The notes: a model not told the origin generated them from the sequence alone. Counted from the stretch's first letter, positions 1-10,507 are shown. The stretch: 64,000 bases of DNA from an uncultured delta proteobacterium (GCA_963845145.1 CAWJQU010000002.1:384001-448000), one strand, 5' to 3'. Numbers and translations are program-made.

Positions 1-23
1 AAAGAATTCTTTCTGGGTTTTTA

Positions 24-1244
24 GTGATTTTCACCGCTCCAGTTTTGCTCGTATTTTCTGCAATTCATCTCGTAAGAGCAGATTACCTTTTAGGTATCTT
101 TCTTCTAATTACTGGATTTGCACTGGTTGCCTCCATTACAATCCTTAGAAACTTTAAAAGTGTAACAATATTCTCCCGGATTAATATAAGTCTTGTAGGG
201 ATTCTCTTCATTTATTTGTTGGCAGGAAGCGGACCGCACGGGTACATGGCGCATTGGATCTATGTATATCCGCTGGTCACTTTTTTTATGCTCGGTCGAT
301 ATGAAGGGCTTTATTACAATTCTATATTTTATCTTATCATACTTATCTTTCTTTTATTTCAGAATTTTCTATCATTGACAACAGTTCATGTAATTGAGTT
401 TAAAGCCAGGTTCCTTGTTTCGTTGTTTTTAGTTATAGTTCTTTCGTACACATTTGAATTTGTTCGCCACAAGTTTAAAGAGGGTATAGACAGAAAACAG
501 CTTGAACTTGAAGAATCTAAAAAGGAAGCTGAAAGGGCAAACGAGATCAAAAGTGAATTTCTGGCCAACATGAGCCACGAGCTAAGAACACCTTTGAACC
601 ATATAATCGGGTTTACAGAGGTGGTAGTGGATGAGCATTTTGGTGAACTTAATAGCCAGCAAAAAGAATATCTCGGTGATTCCTTGGCCAGTAGCAGCCA
701 TCTCCTGTCGTTAATTAATGACATTCTGGACTTGTCCAAGGTTGAAGCTGGCAAAATGGATCTGAAATACTCAACTATTGATTTAAAAGCTCTTTTGGAG
801 AAAAGCTTGGTCATGGTTAAAGAAAAAGCATTGAAACGAAATATAGATCTGTTGATCGAAACAAATAGTATTCCAGAAAGTGCCGAAGTAGATGAGCGCA
901 AGCTCAAGCAAATTATGTACAACCTTTTATCCAATGCGGTAAAATTTACACCCAAGAGGGGGACGGTATCGGTAAGAGCTCAGACATGCGATTCAAGTGG
1001 CGTTAAAATAAGTGTATCCGACACGGGTATAGGCATTTTACCGGAAATTTTGGCTAGAATATTTCGTCCTTTTGAACAGGTGGAAAACTCAAAAAGTCGC
1101 AAATATCAAGGAACCGGGATAGGGCTTTCGCTTACCAAGAAGCTGGTTGAACTCCATGGCGGACAAATTTGGGTGGAAAGTGAGGGCGAGGGTATGGGGG
1201 CAACTTTTAATTTAACTATTCCTTATAGTCCCAACGAACAGTAA
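24..1244 (+). CDS. Membrane-bound sensor histidine kinase; frame is open to the window edge, so the N-terminus may lie upstream
   Basis: Several hydrophobic segments, then H-box [15 protein letters not shown]-box [15 protein letters not shown] and GTGIGL G-boxes. Confidence 0.9.
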   Translation: MIFTAPVLLVFSAIHLVRADYLLGIFLLITGFALVASITILRNFKSVTIFSRINISLVGILFIYLLAGSGPHGYMAHWIYVYPLVTFFMLGRYEGLYYNSIFYLIILIFLLFQNFLSLTTVHVIEFKARFLVSLFLVIVLSYTFEFVRHKFKEGIDRKQLELEESKKEAERANEIKSEFLANMSHELRTPLNHIIGFTEVVVDEHFGELNSQQKEYLGDSLASSSHLLSLINDILDLSKVEAGKMDLKYSTIDLKALLEKSLVMVKEKALKRNIDLLIETNSIPESAEVDERKLKQIMYNLLSNAVKFTPKRGTVSVRAQTCDSSGVKISVSDTGIGILPEILARIFRPFEQVENSKSRKYQGTGIGLSLTKKLVELHGGQIWVESEGEGMGATFNLTIPYSPNEQ

Positions 1245-1245
1245 A

Positions 1246-1274
1246 CTTAAAATTCGGAGAATCAGCGTGGAACA
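1246..1274 (+). repeat. Direct repeat copy 1 at the kinase 3' end (28/29 identical to 3432-3460)
   Basis: cttaaaattcggagaatcagcGtggaaca vs cttaaaattcggagaatcagcTtggaaca. Confidence 0.9.
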
Positions 1275-1335
1275 AAAAACCGTCTTAGTTATTGAGGACA
1301 ATGAGCTAAATATAAAACTGGTAATTGGCCGGTAA
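1267..1335 (+). pseudogene. Truncated N-terminus of a DivK/CheY-like response regulator
   Basis: GGAG RBS, then GTG-started MEQKTVLVIEDNELNIKLVIGR*; matches receiver beta1/acidic pocket, stops after 22 aa. Confidence 0.7.
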
Positions 1336-1390
1336 AAAATGAGCGTGCGAATTATTATGATAAACCAATTTTAAGAAGCAACACTATAAA

Positions 1391-3436
1391 ATGCAAAAAA
1401 AAACTATTACCGATACTTTCCAACAATCCGTCTGTCCTGAGACACGTCATTTAATTTTCCAGAGACAGGATTGGAAGAATGTTTCGTTCGGTGGTAACTA
1501 TTGTGCCAATTTTTCTCTGATTGGGGAAGGCATTATTTTATCACAACCATCTGGAACCGCAACATTGTCGGACACGCAAAAGTCATTAGTGCTTAATAAA
1601 ACTGTGATCGATGAGGCCATCAAACCTAAGGGAATCTACGTACAAATCGAAGATTTCAAGCGACTTAAAACAGTCAAACTTGAAGCTCGTAAACACTATA
1701 TCGAATATCTTCGAACCAGAAGCAGGTTACGAGGAATGGTCTTTTACAATCTGAGCCAATTACTCAAACTTAGTGTAAAGTTGGGAAGCAAAATAAACTA
1801 TTTTGGGTTTCCAGTGGTCATAGCCAGTAGCTACGCTGATGCTATAAAAAAAGCAGACAATATTCTTTATAATATCGGAGTCACATCAGACAATCTCTCC
1901 GCTTCCGTTCAAAATTATAAAAAGCTAACGAGAACCAGTAAAGCCCATCTGTGGAAAATTCAGGCGGATGATTTTCAACTTGATTACTCAATCATTGATG
2001 GTCGCATTATACATGCAATATCAAAAGGCCGATTGAGAATGCATCATCTAACAGAAATGTTTAAAATTAACGAACAGATTCTCAATACACTGGATTGTCC
2101 TATTAATCATTGTTCTTTCCTGTTTAATATTGGCAAAACTCACAGTTCAAGTGTTCAGTTTCGCAAGCAATATATAGCTCACATCAAAGCCATGCATGAA
2201 ATGTATCCCTTTCATGGCGTGGCATTTTATGGCGGAAGTCGTTTAGTAAATGTTGCAATACAACTAACTCGATCACAAGTACCGTGTAAATTGTATGTCC
2301 ATCGGGATTTCGATGGTGCTATTGCATGTTTGAATCATGTAATGAATTCTTTACCTCCTCCAACCATCAATTCTTCTGAACCATTGATGGTTTACCCAGA
2401 GGAGATAGACGAACTTCTTGTTCACTTTGGTCAAATTGACTGGGATAATAAAGGTAATACTTTAAATTTACCTAACATTTCGGAAACTAATCCTCTAGGG
2501 GCTGTATATGATGCGGCTTCACTAATTAAAGCAGAGCTTCGTCAATTGTTCAATGAGCGAGAACTTGCTCAAACAGAATTGCAGAAGGCTCATGATGAAC
2601 TTGAGCATCGGGTTTCCGAACGTACCTTGCAAATGGAAAACGCTAAAATAGATGCAGAAAATGCTAAAAAAGAAGCAGAAAAAGCCAACCTTGCCAAGAG
2701 TGAATTCTTAGCCAATATGAGCCATGAACTAAGAACACCGATGAACCATATTATTGGATTTACAGAAATCATACTAGATAAAAACTTTGGCGAGTTAAAC
2801 AAAACCCAGGAGGAGTATCTAAACGACGTACTATCCAGCGGCGAACATTTACTGTCATTGATTAATGACGTACTGGATCTATCTAAGATAGAAGCAGGTA
2901 AATTGGAACTAGAGTATTCAGATGTAAATTTAGGGTTACTTTTAGAAAATGGCTTGATTATAGTTAAAGAAAAAGCGCTGAAAAAAAAAATAGGATTGTC
3001 GGTTGACATAAATGGTATTCCTGAAACGATCAAAGCGGATGAACGTAAACTGAAACAGATCCAATATAATCTTCTATCAAATGCTGTTAAATTTACACCT
3101 CATCATGGAAAAATCCATGTGACCGCTCGTATTTGTGAACCAGACAAAGATAAATATTCGGTTTCTGGGATGTCATTGCAACATATTATAATGGTAAGTA
3201 TTTCCGACACAGGTATAGGTCTTTCTGATGAGGATATTGACCGAATTTTCAATCCCTTTGAGCAGGTAGAAACCTCAACTAGCCGTAAATTCCAAGGTAC
3301 TGGTCTAGGGCTGTCATTAACCAAAACACTGGTAGAGATGCATGGTGGACAAATTTGGGTGGAAAGCGACGGCGAAAACATGGGAACAACTTTTAATTTT
3401 ACCATTCCTTATAAAACTAACGAACAGATAGCTTAA
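1391..3436 (+). CDS. Cytoplasmic sensor histidine kinase with a long N-terminal region (two putative STAS/SpoIIAA-like modules)
   Basis: H-box [35 protein letters not shown]; no obvious TM helix; N-terminal domain call is tentative. Confidence 0.88.
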   Translation: MQKKTITDTFQQSVCPETRHLIFQRQDWKNVSFGGNYCANFSLIGEGIILSQPSGTATLSDTQKSLVLNKTVIDEAIKPKGIYVQIEDFKRLKTVKLEARKHYIEYLRTRSRLRGMVFYNLSQLLKLSVKLGSKINYFGFPVVIASSYADAIKKADNILYNIGVTSDNLSASVQNYKKLTRTSKAHLWKIQADDFQLDYSIIDGRIIHAISKGRLRMHHLTEMFKINEQILNTLDCPINHCSFLFNIGKTHSSSVQFRKQYIAHIKAMHEMYPFHGVAFYGGSRLVNVAIQLTRSQVPCKLYVHRDFDGAIACLNHVMNSLPPPTINSSEPLMVYPEEIDELLVHFGQIDWDNKGNTLNLPNISETNPLGAVYDAASLIKAELRQLFNERELAQTELQKAHDELEHRVSERTLQMENAKIDAENAKKEAEKANLAKSEFLANMSHELRTPMNHIIGFTEIILDKNFGELNKTQEEYLNDVLSSGEHLLSLINDVLDLSKIEAGKLELEYSDVNLGLLLENGLIIVKEKALKKKIGLSVDINGIPETIKADERKLKQIQYNLLSNAVKFTPHHGKIHVTARICEPDKDKYSVSGMSLQHIIMVSISDTGIGLSDEDIDRIFNPFEQVETSTSRKFQGTGLGLSLTKTLVEMHGGQIWVESDGENMGTTFNFTIPYKTNEQIA

Positions 3437-3460
3437 AATTCGGAGAATCAGCTTGGAACA
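3432..3460 (+). repeat. Direct repeat copy 2 at the kinase 3' end
   Basis: Matches 1246-1274 at 28/29 nt. Confidence 0.9.
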
Positions 3461-3960
3461 CTCAGTACCTGAAGTGAAGGAAATACTTTGATTAGGAATC
3501 TACTTAGTTATCCGGCTTCTGGAAGAGTGGGTACAATTGTATCCAAATTATTTGTGACTTACGCTAACGAATTTGCATATTGTATAAATATCTTCCAAAT
3601 TCCCTCTGCTCATTACAGTACGCTTCTAAAGTTCCAAAGCCTAAAATCTCCTTATAAAGTCAGCGATCTCGAATCTCATTGGACGATTTTTCGATCTTCA
3701 GTTCCAACCACCACACAATTTAATAGAATTTTATACAAAATGCTCTACTGCCCTCATTATTTTTTTTCCTTATCATTTACAGAATAATGCCGATAGCATG
3801 ATTAGAGCATAATATCTAAAAAGAGGTACATTTAAAGAGAAACACACAACCTTTAATTTTGCACAATCAGAGCAACCGCCCAGCCTCCTATTCGCTTGGC
3901 CGAAAAGAAATAAAGTTGTAAAAAGCGATCACTTAAATTTACAAGGAAATAATCCATAAC

Positions 3961-4347
3961 ATGGCTCCAACTATTGGAAAGAGAAATAAAGACAGATTTC
4001 AAGTGATGAATTGCAATGTCCGACTAGAATCAAAAGGGTTTTTGGGATTTTTCGGAAATCAGATGCATTGTGCCTCACTCATCAATTTAAGTGCTACCGG
4101 TATACAGATAGTCTCTTACGATATGCTGAAAAACAAAAAACAATACGATATTGTCATATATTCACCGGCATTTAGTAACCCGATTTCAACTAAAGGCCGG
4201 GTTGTTTGGCAAAAACCTCATGCTGGAAACGATCGGAAGCAATACTACCGAATTGGTTTTGAGTTTACCTATTTCAAAGGTCCCTCCATGGAGCAAATCC
4301 AAAAACTTGAAGATGATCCTAGCTTACGGAAGTTAAAAAGGGATTGA
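3961..4347 (+). CDS. PilZ domain protein (c-di-GMP binding)
   Basis: RxxxR (RNKDR) and D/NxSxxG (NLSATG) motifs, GRVVW, IGFEF. Confidence 0.8.
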   Translation: MAPTIGKRNKDRFQVMNCNVRLESKGFLGFFGNQMHCASLINLSATGIQIVSYDMLKNKKQYDIVIYSPAFSNPISTKGRVVWQKPHAGNDRKQYYRIGFEFTYFKGPSMEQIQKLEDDPSLRKLKRD

Positions 4348-4837
4348 TTTGATTATAGAGATTTCAATTAAGTGATAAAATGGCAGAGTTCGAGCGTATA
4401 GCTTCAACAGTCCTGCAGATATCAGGCCTTTAATTTTCCTGATAGATAATCATAACGGATCAAATTTTGGAAAGACAGCATTTCCCGTGGTACGCTGGGG
4501 ATAATTAGAGCATATCGGCAATTAATATTATAATAGCAATTATTTAGGTGTTCTGAGTAAATCTGTATTCTGAGGCTTATCTGTGTCAAGGGTTTGCTGT
4601 AGAAATTGATAGTATATAGAAAAGGCTATTTTTTTGTCCTAATTTGGGATGTTAACAAGATGTCAATTGAATATCAATGTTAGAAATAAAAAAATAAAGA
4701 CAGCAAAAAACCTTAAAAGTACATTGATTCTATCATAAAAACTCGGTATGTCTCGAAAATCTATATTAGATGACTTATGGCGCAAAATAAGAGACCTTCG
4801 CGACGATAATAACTCGAACCATTGAAAGTGAATAATC

Positions 4838-5248
4838 GTGAGAAAAAGACGGGTTTTAATCTTTGAAGATGAAGAGCCATTGAGGGATCTTTTTGCGCTA
4901 ATCATCGAACGCCATGGTTGCGACGTGGTTTTTTATGAAAGCCCGATTCATTTCCCTATTCATATTTGTAATGATTGTCTGAAAAACAGAAATAAGCCGT
5001 GTGCCGATATATTACTCACGGATATCGTCATGCCTAAAGTCTCTGGTCTTGATTTTATCGAAGACCGGCTAATCAAAGGTTGCAAGATCCCAGAAATCGG
5101 GATCATGTCCGGATTTTGGACGTATGATAAAATTATTCGTGCTGAAAAACTGGGTTGTACTTTGTTAGATAAACCGGTTTCGGTGGCCAGACTAATCAAT
5201 TGGTTAAAAGAGAGTATGAGTAAACTCAATAATACCAAAAAAGATTGA
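4838..5248 (+). CDS. Single-domain response regulator with a Cys-containing insert
   Basis: VLIFED, LLTDIVMP (phospho-Asp), MSG, DKP. Confidence 0.85.
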   Translation: MRKRRVLIFEDEEPLRDLFALIIERHGCDVVFYESPIHFPIHICNDCLKNRNKPCADILLTDIVMPKVSGLDFIEDRLIKGCKIPEIGIMSGFWTYDKIIRAEKLGCTLLDKPVSVARLINWLKESMSKLNNTKKD

Positions 5249-5376
5249 ATATCGTCATTACGAATATTAAGAGTTCACGTTTTTTCCGGCCAATTCAATT
5301 ATGTTATAGTAATGGAACCTGTAATAAGGTTTACTATCTCTAACGATGTTGTAAATATCAATTCAATTCCATAAAA

Positions 5377-5817
5377 ATGAAAAACCCAAAAAGTATTGAA
5401 ATTCGGGAGGTAAAACAAGAAGAAGTTGACAAGCTTAAAAGGGTTAACGTGGCATTAAAAGAACTTACGTTTACTTTGGCAAAAATTGGTATGTTCAGAA
5501 AGAAAGAGATTATTGGGGAAAAAGAAGAGATCCTGAGTGATGCTCTTAAGAAGGGGGTAAAGTCTCTAGAAGAAATTCACACTAAGTGGAGAAATCTTGC
5601 TGAAAAAATAAAAAACAAAAGGGATAAATATGAAAAAGCTATTTCTTTAGTTAAAGGGATAGTCGATATTTTAAGTGAAATTAAATTGAAGAAAGCCACG
5701 ATACCACCTGATGATTATCAAGCACTAGTTGATGAATTCGAAAAAAGTTACGAGCCACTAAATAAAATTATTAATTCATGGGGAGACATGCTTAGAACTG
5801 GTTTCAAAACCTCATAA
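5377..5817 (+). CDS. Hypothetical protein, helical and Lys/Glu-rich
   Basis: 146-aa ORF in AT-rich DNA; no recognised motif. Confidence 0.6.
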   Translation: MKNPKSIEIREVKQEEVDKLKRVNVALKELTFTLAKIGMFRKKEIIGEKEEILSDALKKGVKSLEEIHTKWRNLAEKIKNKRDKYEKAISLVKGIVDILSEIKLKKATIPPDDYQALVDEFEKSYEPLNKIINSWGDMLRTGFKTS

Positions 5818-6068
5818 ATATAGGCCGATTTCAGGATTGGCACAATATATTGTATATACAATAAGTTATGCATTATAATTTAAAAATTAAAATTGTCTGC
5901 ATAAAGAGGCTTTGCTGATTTCAAGAAAAAAGATAATTTTTTAGACTCAAAATTGTAGATTAGCTCCAACTAATCAGTATCCTGCTGGAATAATCTATAA
6001 TTATGATAACACTTTCATATCAGATATCTGAAAAGTCGGTAATTCAATGCAATATTATTATAAATGGC

Positions 6069-6599
6069 TTAGGGCTGATTCAACCTTTCAACATATTGTC
6101 CTCTGTGGACTTGGCGGCGAGGGATCTCTGGGTTGCAAGTTTTCCTGATTTGATCCTGCTCAACGTTGAGTTGTTTTGCTTTACGCTTGGTGGTCTTCTG
6201 GTGTAAATTTCTGGATTCTTTTTTCTCTCCTTTATTTCCGCTTCCATTCACAAAAACGACTAACTCTCCGACCATACTCTGCATTTTCTTAGCCTGTGAA
6301 CTCATCTCCACTGAGGACGTCGATGAAGCTTCGGCATTGGCCGCATTTTGCTGAGTGATCCGATCAATTTCAGTGACGGATTGATTGACTTGTCCAATCC
6401 GTTGGGATTGCTCTCCAGATGCTGCGGTGATCTCCTCAACCAGATCACCGACACTGACCGCTTTTTCGGAGACCTCGTCAAAATTGGCACGGGCCTCTGA
6501 TACGAGTTTGGAAACATCCCTGACTTTTTGGATTGTACCTTCAATTAAATCGGCCGTATTTTTCGCCGCATTCCCGGTCGGCCAGGATCTTACCTGCAT
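6069..6599 (-). pseudogene. C-terminal fragment of a methyl-accepting chemotaxis protein
   Basis: AAKNTADLIEG...EITAASGEQSQRIGQVNQSVTEIDRITQQNAANAE is the second half of the MCP signalling hairpin; the hairpin tip and N-terminus are absent. Confidence 0.8.
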
Positions 6600-7353
6600 T
6601 TTCTAATGGCTTTACTGATTTTGACATATTTTACATCTTTTTAAGCGTTAAAAGCTTGCGGAATTCGCAGAAATTTATCCGTTCTGGAATATTAAATCGG
6701 CACTTTTCTGAGTAACTTGAGAAAAAACATTGATTACTTAAAATTATAATATGGGGAGGGTTCTAAACCACAGCGTGAAAGCGGCTTAAAAGGTCTTGCC
6801 AGCCACTAAACGGTAGGAAATGTCCGGTTCAAACGGGTAAAGCTATCATTGGTCGAATAGACAAATTCTGATGTGATAATGGATATACAGTCTGAAACTT
6901 AAGCCTCCAAAAACCAAGAGTATCTTTTGTAGATCACAATCTTTCCAAAACATGCGATAAGAGAATAATAGTAAATTTCGGTCAAATGGTCATTCATTAA
7001 TTAGCCGCTCGGTCTCGTTTGTCTCATAGTTTTCATGTTTTGATACTCTCCAGTTTTAAAAATATGGTGATTAACTAAACAAGAAGGCGAAAAGGAAAAA
7101 ACACAGATCAAAAGCTGGAGGCTGGAATCAATCGATCTGATTTTCAATAGTGATAGGGATCTTTAATGAATATCAGTTATACAGCTAACTTTACAATTCA
7201 ATATGAACTCACTTTAACATGCGAACTTGCATATACGATAGCCTTAGCGCCATATCTATGATCACGGCGAGGGGGAGCATGCATAGATTTCCTTTAGCAT
7301 TTCAGGTGGGTAAATTGATCTAACCCTGCGAGACAACCTCCCCAATTTTAACC

Positions 7354-7400
7354 TTGACATTTGTCCCTTCGAAACTTAATATATGATCAATTGTTCATAT
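7354..7400 (+). promoter_or_regulatory. Sigma70 promoter with overlapping ArsR/SmtB-type operator
   Basis: TTGACA (7354)-17 nt-TAATAT (7377); inverted repeat ATATGATCAATTGTTCATAT at 7381-7400 resembling CzrA/SmtB operators. Confidence 0.75.
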
Positions 7401-7416
7401 ATTTAAGGATAGTCCC

Positions 7417-7791
7417 ATGCAACCCAACCCTGTTTCATGTACCGATGACGATTTATGCGATGTCCGGCACATCCATCTCAATCGTGTTCGTGAGGCCCGG
7501 CGGACCCGGTTGTCGGAAAAGGAAACCGGACGACTGGCCGCCATTTTCAAAATTCTCGGCGACCCCACCCGGCTGGGTATCGTTACCGCTTTGCGTGATG
7601 ACGAAATGTGTGTCTGCGACTTGGCGGCCTATTTGAAAATGACCGAATCGGCCATTTCTCATCAACTCAGGCGGATGCGGGATCTGGACATTGTGAAAAA
7701 GCGCCGCGAAGGACAAGTGCTTTACTATTCCCTGGCAGATACCCACATAGAGGAACTCTTAGAGATCGCGCTAAGCCATGTGAGGGAATAA
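7417..7791 (+). CDS. ArsR/SmtB (CadC/ZiaR-like) metal-sensing repressor
   Basis: FKILGDPTRL, EMCVCDLA, SAISHQLR, YYSL; N-terminal Cys residues. Confidence 0.92.
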   Translation: MQPNPVSCTDDDLCDVRHIHLNRVREARRTRLSEKETGRLAAIFKILGDPTRLGIVTALRDDEMCVCDLAAYLKMTESAISHQLRRMRDLDIVKKRREGQVLYYSLADTHIEELLEIALSHVRE

Positions 7792-8015
7792 GAACCAGTC
7801 GGCCCGTCAGCCGGTCTCCCCGTGGACCCGTTGTAAGAAAAGCGACCTTTCAGATACAAATAGGAAAGTGGATTCCACTATTGCTCAATTCAAAAAACGA
7901 GACGATTCGTACCGACAATAGCGATGCGTTCACCGATTCCAGGCGAAAGGCGGATTCCAGAGACCTCGCGTTAGTTTTTTTTGTAACCACCTAACCATAG
8001 AGACGGAAAACGATC

Positions 8016-9131
8016 ATGTCACTCATTCTCAATATATTTCTCGAAGCCTGGCACCTGCTCACCGAATCGGCACCGTACATCCTTTTCGGGCTGATTGTGG
8101 GTGGTATGCTGCACATGTTTTTAAACCCCGGTACCGTGGCCAAACATCTGGGACGGGGACGGTTCATGTCGGTTTTCAAATCGGCCCTTTTAGGTATTCC
8201 AATCCCCTTATGCTCTTGCGGGGTGCTACCGGCAGCGGCTTCCTTAAAAAAACAGGGCGCCAACAACGGGGCCACCACAGCTTTCCTGATTTCCACGCCG
8301 GAATCGGGTGTAGATTCCATGGCCATCACTTATGCCCTCTTAGACCCATTGATGACAGTCGCCCGGCCGGTGGCGGCCTTTATCACAGCCACGGTCGCCG
8401 GTATCACCGAAAACCTGTTCCCGGGCGCCCACCAGGGCGAAACCCAACCGGATCTGTCTTGTCCGGTGGACGGGTGCTGCGACGGCATTGATTGTGCCCC
8501 GGATATCCATAAAAATCATCATAGCTTTGCCGAGAGGATTAAATCGGGGTGCGTATATGCTGTCGTGGAGATTTGGGGGGATCTGGCCCGCTGGTTTTTC
8601 ATTGGGCTGTTGCTGGCCGGCGTGATCAGCGCATCGATTCCCGATACCGTTTTCGAACGCTATCTGGGATCTGGCCTGCCGGCCATGCTAATCATGCTCG
8701 CTATCGGCATTCCGATGTATATCTGTGCCACGGCCTCCACACCGATCGCCGCGGCTTTGATATTAAAGGGAGTCAGCCCTGGCGCCGCCCTGGTCTTTCT
8801 TCTGGCTGGGCCGGCCACCAATATCACCTCGTTAACGGTTTTAACCGGCGTGCTGGGTCGACGAGCGACGAGTATTTATCTGGTCACCATCGCCGTTATG
8901 TCGGTGGCACTTGGACTGGCGCTGGACCAAGTCTATTTATGGTCGGGAATATCCGCGCAAGCAGTTGCCGGTACCGCCGCTGAATTTATGCCCGCCTGGC
9001 TAGAAATCGTTTCGACCCTGTTGCTTCTGGCCCTATCCATCAAGCCGATATTTGGTGGAGTGATAAGCCGGTTTTCGTCCAATCAACCCCAACAGACACC
9101 CTGTTGTTCGGATATGCGGGGGTCTACTTGA
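8016..9131 (+). CDS. SO_0444/DUF318-family metal efflux permease; may extend to 9143 by Sec read-through
   Basis: GIPIPLCSCGVLP, STPESGVDS, Cys/His-rich loop CPVDGCCDGIDC..HKNHH, PMYICATASTP, GPATN. Confidence 0.88.
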   Translation: MSLILNIFLEAWHLLTESAPYILFGLIVGGMLHMFLNPGTVAKHLGRGRFMSVFKSALLGIPIPLCSCGVLPAAASLKKQGANNGATTAFLISTPESGVDSMAITYALLDPLMTVARPVAAFITATVAGITENLFPGAHQGETQPDLSCPVDGCCDGIDCAPDIHKNHHSFAERIKSGCVYAVVEIWGDLARWFFIGLLLAGVISASIPDTVFERYLGSGLPAMLIMLAIGIPMYICATASTPIAAALILKGVSPGAALVFLLAGPATNITSLTVLTGVLGRRATSIYLVTIAVMSVALGLALDQVYLWSGISAQAVAGTAAEFMPAWLEIVSTLLLLALSIKPIFGGVISRFSSNQPQQTPCCSDMRGST

Positions 9132-9142
9132 GGGTCCGCTTA

Positions 9143-9160
9143 GGGGTTCGGTCGAACCCC
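9143..9160 (+). promoter_or_regulatory. Hairpin, candidate SECIS (alternatively REP or terminator)
   Basis: GGGGTTC-GGTC-GAACCCC beginning 11 nt after the UGA at 9129-9131. Confidence 0.45.
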
Positions 9161-9163
9161 ACA

Positions 9164-9232
9164 CTTTAGGACAATCCATATTACAGGACGACCCACATTA
9201 CAGGGCAACCAGAGACGACAGGTTAATCCATA
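9164..9232. repeat. Degenerate ~17-nt tandem repeat, 4 units
   Basis: ctttaggacaatccata / ttacaggacgacccaca / ttacagggcaaccagag(a) / cgacaggttaatccata. Confidence 0.5.
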
Positions 9233-9248
9233 CGCGTACCCAGATGGG

Positions 9249-10280
9249 TCATTTAGGGTGGGTCATTTCCGGGGCATCTATTCGTTTCAGCAAAAAGTGA
9301 AATTCTTGGTCTTTGACATTTCCCTGCCAATGGCCGGTAACACGGGCCAAATAAACGGATCCTACAAAAAGCACCAAAACAATCGCGGCAACGGAAACCG
9401 TGGACCATACATTATGCCGCAAGCCGGCTGTTTTTAATTGAAGGGCACCAGGCACCGGGCATGCGTTCGTACATTCCATACAACCAATGCATTCAGCGCT
9501 TCTAATTCGCGATTTTTTATCCACCGGCAGATAGTAGGCGCATTGTTTGGCACACTTGCCGCAATCGATACAGTGATGCTCGTTTCGATGAACGCGGGTG
9601 GGGCCCACAAATGCAAAGATTCCCATCAAGGCACCGTATGGGCATAAATAACGGCACCAAAAGTTACGAACAAACAACGAGGCCGCAGTGATAACCAAAA
9701 GAACAGCGGCCGTTAGCGTCGTCATGCGGGTGAAAAAATGGAGCATCTTTACATCCGAAACCTTGTAGTAAGGGCTGTGAATGAACGCTTCGATGGCGGC
9801 ATGGTCCATGTTAAAAATCACCCAGACGAAAAAGCCCAAGAGTAGATACTTGATAGAGCGCAAGGGATAATCAACCCAGATCGGTAATCGAAAATTTTGC
9901 CCCATAAAGCGTCCACCCAGTTTCCAAACCCATTCGGAGAGGGTCCCCACGGGACAGATCCAGCCACAAAACGATTTACATAAAACCCATGAAAGCAACG
10001 AGGCCACCCCAAGAATGACCATGGCGGCCGGATGTACAGGGTCCCAGGTTCCGGTGATCAGAAACGATTTCCATCCCATGAGCGCCCCGATGGGTAAAAA
10101 GCCTTCCACGCCGGGCGGCCTTTGAATTGTGACACCCATCGGATCGTCCATCTGAACCACATAGGCCGCAAACTGAAGCCCCACCGCCAAGGTCACAATA
10201 AAAAAGCCCAACTGCACCCAGAACCGAATTGAGTGTTTTTGACGACCAATCGTTTTTGGAGATTTCTTATGGTTATTCAT
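9249..10280 (-). CDS. Membrane 4Fe-4S binding protein (NapH/MauN/YccM-like)
   Basis: FCGWICPVG, WCRYLCPYG, CIDCGKCAKQC, CIGCMECTNACP and several TM helices. Confidence 0.88.
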   Translation of the reverse strand: MNNHKKSPKTIGRQKHSIRFWVQLGFFIVTLAVGLQFAAYVVQMDDPMGVTIQRPPGVEGFLPIGALMGWKSFLITGTWDPVHPAAMVILGVASLLSWVLCKSFCGWICPVGTLSEWVWKLGGRFMGQNFRLPIWVDYPLRSIKYLLLGFFVWVIFNMDHAAIEAFIHSPYYKVSDVKMLHFFTRMTTLTAAVLLVITAASLFVRNFWCRYLCPYGALMGIFAFVGPTRVHRNEHHCIDCGKCAKQCAYYLPVDKKSRIRSAECIGCMECTNACPVPGALQLKTAGLRHNVWSTVSVAAIVLVLFVGSVYLARVTGHWQGNVKDQEFHFLLKRIDAPEMTHPK

Positions 10281-10507
10281 AGTGGATTACCTTAGAATCA
10301 GCGAGCGTTGAAAGCCTTGACTTAGATCAAGGCGCTTTCATTTTCGATTCTATACCTGTCCGGACAAAGCATGGAAAAATCCCGATGGAAACCGACACCG
10401 ACTTGACGAGGAGAATTGATAATCCTGACTTCAAGGTACAAAAGCTAAGCATATCGAAAGGGTGAGAAATAATGTATACTGCCAATTGAAAAACATCATC
10501 CACCCTC

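Noticed and set aside
2981..2990. A10 homopolymer as a phase-variation tract
   Set aside because: Frame is intact, it encodes a Lys run in AT-rich DNA, and there is no evidence of length variation
3488..3787. 99-aa TTG-start ORF
   Set aside because: No recognisable motif; probably non-coding or decayed sequence
6762..6830. Resemblance to a c-di-GMP-I riboswitch (AAACC..GAAA..CTAAAC GGTAGG)
   Set aside because: The conserved GGGACGCAAAGC core and P1 pairing are missing, and it points away from the MCP remnant; needs an Rfam scan
7001..7036. 11-aa minus-strand ORF with GGAG RBS (MKTMRQTRPSG)
   Set aside because: Too short, with no motif or attenuator context
9164..9232. Possible CRISPR array
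   Set aside because: Units are short, degenerate and contiguous, with no spacers and no cas genes
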